The notes beneath the pieces were generated by a model. That model ran no database searches. It had not been told where the DNA came from and saw nothing but the letters and a program-made list of their open reading frames with translations. Shown one piece after another: positions 25,195 to 31,839 of a stretch of DNA of 34,866 nt. Source of the stretch: an uncultured Clostridia bacterium (lineage in GTDB: Bacteria; Bacillota; Clostridia; Christensenellales; UBA1242); the NCBI GenBank assembly GCA_947589615.1, contig CANQBU010000001.1, forward strand, positions 1-34,866, written 5' to 3'. The position numbers were made by a program, and so were the translations under genes. Position 1 is the stretch's first letter; each line of letters starts with the position of its first letter.

Positions 25195-26106
25195 ATGTTT
25201 CAAAAAAAGAAAAGGCAGGTAATTAAGTTTGAGCAAAACTTATGCCATGCAAAAGTTGATGACAATGATATTTTGTTTGTCCGCGTTTCCGACCAAATCA
25301 CAGATAAAGATGCGTTATTGGAAGTCCCATTAACCCATATTGCGTATGTGATAAAGGGTGGCGGATATGGCAAAGTGTATAAGAGCGGAACATATCCCGT
25401 TTTTGAGGATAACAAGGAAGTTAAAAATTGGCAACAGGGAATTTCTGTTGAAATAATTTACATGCCAAAAGACCCAAATGTTCCAATCAAATGGGGGACA
25501 AACGAAAAGATAAAGTATCGCGATGAGGTAAGCGGAAAGGTTGTGGGAGTTGCCGCGCATGGTGTATTCGATGTCTCAATTTCAAATCCCGAACAATTTT
25601 ACAGAAAGGTTGTTGGGGCAAGGCGGGAATTCAGCCTCAGAGAATTTCAAGACAGATTTAGTGCCAATGTTTTAAGTGAGTTCACCGCAATATTTTTTCA
25701 AACGATTGATGAACTTAAATTGACAAGTGACAAATTTGATGCAAATAAGAAAAGCATTCAGGAAAAAACGGGGAGACTGCTAAACAGAATATTTGAAGAT
25801 GAATGGGGAGTAAGTTTAAATAATTTCATCATTCAATACATAGGCGTTTCTGATATGGAGGTGGCAACTCGTGAAGAGGAAAAGCCTATTGAAAAACAAG
25901 AAGAGAAGCCAGTTCAAGCAAGATTTTGCCCATACTGCGGGGCACAGGTTCGTGAAGATGATGTCTTTTGCTCAAAGTGCGGAAAGAAATTGGAGAAAGA
26001 CAGCATAACTTGCCCATCATGTGGCAAAAGCAATAATATTTATGCCCAATTCTGCGTATATTGCGGCAAAAAAATAAGCGAGGGGAATCATGTGGAAAAA
26101 GAATAA
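25195..26106 (+). CDS. SPFH / Band_7_1 (YdjI-like) domain protein fused to a C-terminal double zinc ribbon
   Basis: I place the start at MFQKKKRQ (25195), with TAGGAGGA upstream. The N-terminal domain matches the Band_7_1 pattern (...VIKGGGYGKVYKSGTYPVF..., IKWGTNEKIKYRDEVSGKVVGVAAHGVFDVSISNPEQFYRKVVG). After an EEKP-rich linker come two C-x2-C...C-x2-C ribbons (CPYCG..CSKCG and CPSCG..CVYCG). Confidence 0.68.
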   Translation: MFQKKKRQVIKFEQNLCHAKVDDNDILFVRVSDQITDKDALLEVPLTHIAYVIKGGGYGKVYKSGTYPVFEDNKEVKNWQQGISVEIIYMPKDPNVPIKWGTNEKIKYRDEVSGKVVGVAAHGVFDVSISNPEQFYRKVVGARREFSLREFQDRFSANVLSEFTAIFFQTIDELKLTSDKFDANKKSIQEKTGRLLNRIFEDEWGVSLNNFIIQYIGVSDMEVATREEEKPIEKQEEKPVQARFCPYCGAQVREDDVFCSKCGKKLEKDSITCPSCGKSNNIYAQFCVYCGKKISEGNHVEKE

Positions 26107-26407
26107 TGACAAAGGTTTAAATGACAGAAACTTGATTGAAGAATGCGAAAAGGCAATAGACACTTTAATAATTCTCGGCGAGGCAGACGATGAACTTGTT
26201 TCAAATTTGCGAGTTATTAAAGAAAAAGTCAAATATCTTGTTCCAAGCAATGATGATAAGATTTACGAATTTGACAGGAGAATTAAAAATCTTATTGACG
26301 ACATGCGAATAGCGCTTGTCAAGGCGGACAGAGAGTCATTGAAGAAAATTAAACTGATTTTGGCGGATTTGAGGCTTGCAATAGTAGAGCGAAATTCAAG
26401 GATTTAA
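26090..26407 (+). CDS. Small (105 aa) predicted all-helical protein of unknown function
   Basis: The ATG overlaps the previous gene by 17 nt, with GAGGGGA upstream. Heptad-like charged/hydrophobic pattern. No family recognised. Confidence 0.55.
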   Translation: MWKKNNDKGLNDRNLIEECEKAIDTLIILGEADDELVSNLRVIKEKVKYLVPSNDDKIYEFDRRIKNLIDDMRIALVKADRESLKKIKLILADLRLAIVERNSRI

Positions 26408-26417
26408 AGGTGAAGTT

Positions 26418-27008
26418 ATGTGGTTTTTTAAAAGTAAATATGAAAAGTTATCTCGAGAAGAAGTGGTCGATGCGATTTGCAAACTTGAAAGTGAGACAAA
26501 AAGTATTGAAGAAGGGTTGACCTCAAAGCAGGAAGAGATAGACGAACTTATGGAAAAAGGGAGGACAGAAAAGAATAAAGAAGTCAAACTTTTCTATGCC
26601 AAAAAGATAAATGCACTTAAAGCGGAAAGAGAACAAAGTGTTCAAAGGGCATTGTATCTTATGTATAATGTTCAACTTATGAACAAACTTAAAACCTCAA
26701 TAGATGACAATCAATTCTTTAAAACCTCTTCAAAAATTCCTCTTAATAAGATGCTGGGCGACCAAAAAGCACTTGCAAAATTTTTAAACAAAACGCTGGG
26801 GACAAGGACAAAGGCGGAAGATGTGCTTACGTCAGCAGATGAAGTTTTCAAAACGCTTGAAGAGTCATACGATAAAAATGAAAGCATTTATGGGGTCAAT
26901 GACCAAGATGACGCACTGCTTTCTATGTTTGAGACAGAGGAGCAGTTAAACGAAGAAGAAGAGATGTTTACAGAAAGTGAACAAAAAGCCGGCAGAGGCG
27001 AAAATTAA
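26418..27008 (+). CDS. ESCRT-III / Snf7-like (PspA-Snf7 superfamily) coiled-coil protein, paralog 1
   Basis: 196 aa. The N-terminus MWFFKSKY resembles the MWSSLFGW membrane-insertion motif of yeast Snf7. The helical hairpin region aligns by eye with Snf7 (AICKLESE...KGRTEKNKEVKLFYAKKINALKAEREQ versus AIVRLREH...KGNKVMAKNALKKKKTIEQ). Acidic C-terminal tail. Fold assignment not verified. Confidence 0.55.
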   Translation: MWFFKSKYEKLSREEVVDAICKLESETKSIEEGLTSKQEEIDELMEKGRTEKNKEVKLFYAKKINALKAEREQSVQRALYLMYNVQLMNKLKTSIDDNQFFKTSSKIPLNKMLGDQKALAKFLNKTLGTRTKAEDVLTSADEVFKTLEESYDKNESIYGVNDQDDALLSMFETEEQLNEEEEMFTESEQKAGRGEN

Positions 27009-27022
27009 AAGGAGAAAATTTT

Positions 27023-27580
27023 ATGTCAGCAAATAAAGAAATTGAAAAAAGAATGTTAATTAAGAGAACGATTTCATCAATGGAAAAACAAATCCAAAGA
27101 CTTGAAAATCAAAAGAAAACCTATATTGATGCGGGCAGACAGGCAAAGCAAAAAGGGTTAACAGCACAATATAACCTTGCTTTATCAGGGCTTAGAATGA
27201 CGATAAGCCAGCAGCGTCGAGTTTATGAAATGAAACTCAATTTTGAGATAACTTCGCAAATGAAGGATATGGCAAAGATGACCACCGATTTCCTTTCGGG
27301 AATGAGTTCTTTAAGTAAAGATATGATGAAACTCACAAAAGAGTCGGAGTTTAACAAAGTCCAGAAGCAATTCTCTGAAGCGATGGTTGGAATGGAAGTT
27401 CAAACTGAAAGAATGGAGGATTTCCTTGAAGAAACTCAGTCAACCTTTTCAAGCAACCTCAATAATGAAGAGGAGAGAAGCGAACTTGATGCCATGATGA
27501 CAAACGAGGCGGCAATCGGAACGGGAGTCGATGGCGAGATTGAAAAAGAACTTGAAGAACTTAAGAAAAAAATGTTTTAA
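27023..27580 (+). CDS. ESCRT-III / CHMP2(Vps2)-like coiled-coil protein, paralog 2, with a MIM1-like C-terminal helix
   Basis: 185 aa. By-eye parallels to CHMP2A: QIQRLENQKKT versus RERQKLETQEKK; AKQKGLTAQYNLALSGLRMTISQQRR versus AKQGQMDAVRIMAKDLVRTRR; QKQFSEAMVGMEVQTERMEDFLEE versus MMEFERQAEIMDMKEEMMNDAIDD; terminal EIEKELEELKKKMF versus DLEERLKNLRRD. SD AAAGGAG. Confidence 0.6.
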   Translation: MSANKEIEKRMLIKRTISSMEKQIQRLENQKKTYIDAGRQAKQKGLTAQYNLALSGLRMTISQQRRVYEMKLNFEITSQMKDMAKMTTDFLSGMSSLSKDMMKLTKESEFNKVQKQFSEAMVGMEVQTERMEDFLEETQSTFSSNLNNEEERSELDAMMTNEAAIGTGVDGEIEKELEELKKKMF

Positions 27581-27594
27581 TTTAAAGGAGAACT

Positions 27595-28908
27595 ATGCCT
27601 GATATCAGTTTTATGAATGAAATGTATGAAATTTATTATCGCAAAGCAAAGGAGTGCTATGACAGAAAGGACTTAATGCTTGCAAAGCGATATTATTTTC
27701 TTGCAGCAGAACAAATGTTAAAAATGGCTCAAAACAGCGAGAAACAACTCCAAAAGGCAAGATTCAGTCGGGCTAAAAGCCTTATAGATATGGCGGAGAG
27801 TATTCAAGCGGGAAAGAGAAAAATAGCAAAAGATGAGCCACAGGAAGAAGAGGTCAGCGTTTCACAGAATGAAAAAATATCTCTTGAAGAGGCACTTTCA
27901 AGACTTGCAAGGCTTGAAGGGCTTGAAAAAGTAAAAAGACAGGTTTGCGATTGGATTGACCAAATCAAAGTTTTTCAGATGAGGAAGGAAAGAGGAATGT
28001 CCGTTCCTGACATTTCCTATCACATGGTGTTCACTGGTAATCCGGGGACTGGAAAAACCACGCTCGCAAGACTTATGGCACAAATCTATTGCGCGCTTGG
28101 GATTTTAAGCAATGGAAATCTTGTTGAAGTTGATAGAAGTGGACTGGTTGCGGGCTATATCGGTCAAACTGCCGTAAAAACAAAGGAAGCAATCAAAAAA
28201 GCATATGGCGGAGTGCTTTTTATTGATGAGGCATATTCGCTTGCAAACGGCAATACAAACGATTTTGGTCAGGAAGCAATCGAAGCAATTTTAAAGGAGA
28301 TGGAAGACAAGCGAGATGACCTTGTTGTAATTGTTGCGGGATATGACGAGCCGATGGAAAAGTTTATAGCTTCAAACCCAGGTTTAAAATCAAGATTTAA
28401 AAATTTCTTCCATTTTGATGATTATAATGGTGAGCAATTATTCAATATTTTCCAGAAATTCTGCGAAGAAAATGAATATAGCATTGACTATTCGGCGGCG
28501 GAAGTTTTGAAAGAATATTTCCAATATCTATATGACCACAGAGATAAAAATTTCGGCAATGCCAGAGATGTGAGAAATTTCTTTGAAAATGTTGTGACAA
28601 TTCAATCCAAGCGAGTTGTTAATCTGCCTCAGCCATCGAATGAGGATTTACAATTAATAAAAATCGAGGACTTGCCAAGCTATGTAGAAGAGTTATTGAG
28701 AAATCAAGAAAATGACTATGACAGTTACGATTTTGACGATGGCGAGCCAGAAGAGAATGATATTCCTGAAATTGAAACGCTAGATGGGATTGAAAACTCC
28801 GAAGAGAGGAGCGAGTTAGGAGAGAATGATGATAAAGAAGAAATAGACGAAAACAATAAAGAGACAAATAAGCAAACAGAGGACATTTCGACCAAAAACA
28901 AAAAATAA
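27595..28908 (+). CDS. AAA+ ATPase of the SpoVK/CbbX/EccA clade with a MIT-like (TPR-like helical) N-terminal domain and an acidic C-terminal tail
   Basis: 437 aa. Walker A GNPGTGKTT (28036-28062) and Walker B VLFIDEAYSL. Also VVIVAGYDEPMEKFIASNPGLKSRF. Near-collinear with B. subtilis SpoVK as I recall it (HMIFKGNPGTGKTTVAR...GGILFIDEAYSL...AGY...NPGLQSRF). N-terminus YRKAKECYDRKDLMLAKRYYFLAAEQMLKMAQ...RAKSLIDMAESIQ resembles the Vps4 MIT helices. Confidence 0.9.
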   Translation: MPDISFMNEMYEIYYRKAKECYDRKDLMLAKRYYFLAAEQMLKMAQNSEKQLQKARFSRAKSLIDMAESIQAGKRKIAKDEPQEEEVSVSQNEKISLEEALSRLARLEGLEKVKRQVCDWIDQIKVFQMRKERGMSVPDISYHMVFTGNPGTGKTTLARLMAQIYCALGILSNGNLVEVDRSGLVAGYIGQTAVKTKEAIKKAYGGVLFIDEAYSLANGNTNDFGQEAIEAILKEMEDKRDDLVVIVAGYDEPMEKFIASNPGLKSRFKNFFHFDDYNGEQLFNIFQKFCEENEYSIDYSAAEVLKEYFQYLYDHRDKNFGNARDVRNFFENVVTIQSKRVVNLPQPSNEDLQLIKIEDLPSYVEELLRNQENDYDSYDFDDGEPEENDIPEIETLDGIENSEERSELGENDDKEEIDENNKETNKQTEDISTKNKK

Positions 28909-28925
28909 TTTAAGGAAACCTAAAT

Positions 28926-31709
28926 ATGAAAGAAAGCACAAGATATTTGAGATGTAAAAACTGTGAAGGGGAAATGGATGTGCGTGAGGCAAAAAATGGG
29001 GTGCTAACCTGCCCATACTGCCGCACGATTGTTGTTTTGCCACGCAACGACTCATCTGATAAGACAAAAGCATATTTGAACAGCGGGAATCAAAACCTCG
29101 AATTGGGGCGATTTGATGAAGCTTACATAATGTTTGGAAAGGCGGTCGAAGAAAATGCGCAAGAGCCAGAAGGTTATTTCGGAATGGCACTTTCTAAGGC
29201 AAAAATCCAGTATTTAAAGGATTTGGTCAACAATAAACTTCAACCTATTTGCTTTGAGATAACTGAGAATAAATTCACCGATGATAAAAATTATCAAAAG
29301 GCGCTAGAACTTTCAAATCCCGATCAGAAGGAAATTTACGAGGAAAAAGGTTGTGCAATCGATAACATAAAAAGTAAATTTTTTCAGCTTAAAAGAAACA
29401 ATGTCGAGTATGACACATTTATATGCTGTAAGGTCACAAACGAAAATGGCGGAAACACGCAAGACAGCATGAATGCACTTAAAATTTATCATGAACTTAA
29501 AGATGCGGGATATAAGCCATTTTATTCGGAAGAGATTTTGAGGAATTTTGTGGGTGAAGACTATGAGGCAAATATTCTCTATGCCCTTTATTCAAGTGGA
29601 AGCATGCTTATGGTTTGCAGTGATGAGGAATATTTGCAAACAAAGTGGGTCAAAAATGAGTATACTCGCTTTATAACCTTACTCGAGCAAAAGGAAAAAC
29701 AAAGAGGAAGCATTGCATTTGTCTACAACGGCAAGCCTATTGAAGAATTTCCAGGCATTCAAGGCAAAGTTCAGGGGATAGATTTTTCAAAATTTAACGC
29801 ACTAAATCAAATAATTTCATTTGTAGAAAAATTTGCGGGGTCAAATAGATTTCTGGATTTTCAAAGAAAGGAATATGGCAAGAATAATGTTCAAAAGAAA
29901 AAGACTATAAAACGAGAAATTCAAAAACGCAATTTAAGTGTATCAGTAAGCGAAGCGGTCTCAATTTCAGACGAAGCAAAATTAAGGAATGCCCAAAAAC
30001 TGCTTGAGAAAGGGGATTTTGAAAATGTTTGCAATTTCTGCAATGAGATTTTAATGAGCAATAAATTCTACGGCAAAGCCTACTGGACATTGTTTTTGGC
30101 ACAAAATAAATGCAGAAGCAATGAGGAATTTATAAAGTCCACCACGCCAGTTGCAAACTTTTCTGACTTTGAGAAGGCAATCTCTGCAACAAGTGATAAA
30201 AGCGAGAGAGAAAAATATTATCAGTGCCTTAAAAATCGTATTCTTGAAAGTGGCGAGAAGGGGGATTTTGATGAATTTGTCGTTCTCCCTGAAGTAGAAG
30301 AGAAAGACCTGGCGGAAGCAATAGATAAAGTTTATGAAACTGCCAAAGAGCATGTCGATAAAGACCTTTTTGAAGCGGCAATTTCAGTGGAAAAGCACAC
30401 AAACAGATATGTAAGAATGAATCTTGGCTTTTTAAAACAATTGCCTATTGAGCAAAGAAAGCCATATTATGAGAATATTTTAAATGTCGATGCTGCAAAT
30501 CCCGAAGCACTATACGAAAATTTCAATATTGATAACAATCTATTAAGTGATGAGGCGGTTTTCGAATTTTACAGTGACAAGAAAAATCATGACACAATTG
30601 AAAACACATTATTTGCCTATGGCTTTAATAAATTTGCTTCCGATGACCTTAATAGAATTGTCCAAAATGGCGGCGACACAAAAAAGGGTTGCAGTATCTA
30701 TGACCTTATATTAAGTATGGTTCCAAAAGGCAAAAACAAAATTTTCGCCTACTATTTAAGCCAGGCAATAAGTTTCCTTTTTGCGGGAGAAAGGAAAAAA
30801 GGTCAATTTTATGTTGATTTCGAGCAACTTGAAAAATATAATAACGCTCTTATTTCAGTCGATCAATATAACTGCAATTGTTATGTAAATCGAATGCTTA
30901 TTGATAATAAGATAAAAAATCCGCTAGAACTTATGGACTGCCGGTCACTTTACGATTTTGCCGATTTCCGCCTTGCGGTCAACACATATGCCGAGCGTTA
31001 TCCAAATAAGACTAATGAATATATGCAATATGATGATGAACTCAAAGAGATAAAACAAATCCTTGCCACGCCAAAAATAAAACAGTATGTGCTTGACAAT
31101 TATGTCCCGAAAATGGAGTGGCTAAGTGGGAAGGCAAGGACGGACATTATTGAAATGCTGGACGGGAAAATGCAGAAGAGCGTAGGAAGTATACTCCGAA
31201 AAAATGAGTGCAAAGAATTAAAGGAACTTTGCAGTCTGCAAAAAGACGTCACAAAAGATGAAGACTTCGTTATGGCAAGAGATATTGCAAATGTGTTGTC
31301 AAGTCAAAAACTTCCTTCAAAAACACCTACAGAAACGGTTTCTTCACAGGCTGCCGCCCAAGCGGAAGAGGAGCCTGCACCTAAAGAAAGTGAGAGCCCA
31401 GATGAGGGGCAGACAAAAGATAAACAAGAAGTGCTAGAGCAAAAAGAGAGCGACAGGGAAATTAACGAAGTCACTCAAAATAATGAAGAGCAGAAAGAGG
31501 AAGAAAAAGAGGAAATAAGACTTGTAGATGAGTTAAATTCATTAAGCGAGCGCCAGCCTCAAGCGGCAAAAACAAATTATGAAACGCGAAGAAAAGAGGA
31601 AAGGCAGAGAATGAGAAAATTGACAATAAAAACAATATTATGGACCCTTTATGGCGTTGGACTCTTTTTCGCGATTGGAACACTTTTACTTTTTATTCTT
31701 TTAAAATAA
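28926..31709 (+). CDS. Tail-anchored multidomain protein: N-terminal zinc ribbon, TPR-like helices, TIR domain, long helical-repeat region, acidic low-complexity linker, C-terminal TM
   Basis: 927 aa. Zinc ribbon CKNC..x17..CPYC. TIR-like block at about residues 160-305 (nt 29403-29840): YDTFICCKV..., AGYKPFYSEEIL..G.DYEANILYALYSSGSMLMVCS...TKWVKNEYTRF, with the candidate catalytic Glu at 29658-29660. C-terminal TM ILWTLYGVGLFFAIGTLLLFILL (about 31632-31706). Confidence 0.78.
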   Translation: MKESTRYLRCKNCEGEMDVREAKNGVLTCPYCRTIVVLPRNDSSDKTKAYLNSGNQNLELGRFDEAYIMFGKAVEENAQEPEGYFGMALSKAKIQYLKDLVNNKLQPICFEITENKFTDDKNYQKALELSNPDQKEIYEEKGCAIDNIKSKFFQLKRNNVEYDTFICCKVTNENGGNTQDSMNALKIYHELKDAGYKPFYSEEILRNFVGEDYEANILYALYSSGSMLMVCSDEEYLQTKWVKNEYTRFITLLEQKEKQRGSIAFVYNGKPIEEFPGIQGKVQGIDFSKFNALNQIISFVEKFAGSNRFLDFQRKEYGKNNVQKKKTIKREIQKRNLSVSVSEAVSISDEAKLRNAQKLLEKGDFENVCNFCNEILMSNKFYGKAYWTLFLAQNKCRSNEEFIKSTTPVANFSDFEKAISATSDKSEREKYYQCLKNRILESGEKGDFDEFVVLPEVEEKDLAEAIDKVYETAKEHVDKDLFEAAISVEKHTNRYVRMNLGFLKQLPIEQRKPYYENILNVDAANPEALYENFNIDNNLLSDEAVFEFYSDKKNHDTIENTLFAYGFNKFASDDLNRIVQNGGDTKKGCSIYDLILSMVPKGKNKIFAYYLSQAISFLFAGERKKGQFYVDFEQLEKYNNALISVDQYNCNCYVNRMLIDNKIKNPLELMDCRSLYDFADFRLAVNTYAERYPNKTNEYMQYDDELKEIKQILATPKIKQYVLDNYVPKMEWLSGKARTDIIEMLDGKMQKSVGSILRKNECKELKELCSLQKDVTKDEDFVMARDIANVLSSQKLPSKTPTETVSSQAAAQAEEEPAPKESESPDEGQTKDKQEVLEQKESDREINEVTQNNEEQKEEEKEEIRLVDELNSLSERQPQAAKTNYETRRKEERQRMRKLTIKTILWTLYGVGLFFAIGTLLLFILLK

Positions 31710-31726
31710 ATTTTAACAAATTAAAT

Positions 31727-31764
31727 AAAAAAGCATATTGATTTTATCGTTAATATGCTTTTTT
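31727..31764. terminator. Bidirectional hairpin terminator between the TIR operon and the convergent ABC exporter
   Basis: aaaaaagcatatt (31727-31739) / aatatgctttttt (31752-31764): 13-bp AT-rich stem with a GC core and a 12-nt loop. Confidence 0.5.
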
Positions 31765-31839
31765 AATATGTAAAGTTATTATATTTTTTCGCCCTTTTTA
31801 TCGGCTATATAGAAAAATTATCTTTTCAGTTAAATTATG

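Noticed and set aside
27595-28908. Calling the ATPase a Vps4 ortholog.
   Set aside because: The AAA+ core motifs and their spacing match SpoVK/CbbX/EccA-type ATPases (single AAA+ module, AGY...NPGL.SRF), not the Vps4/katanin/spastin clade. Only the N-terminal helical domain is Vps4-like.
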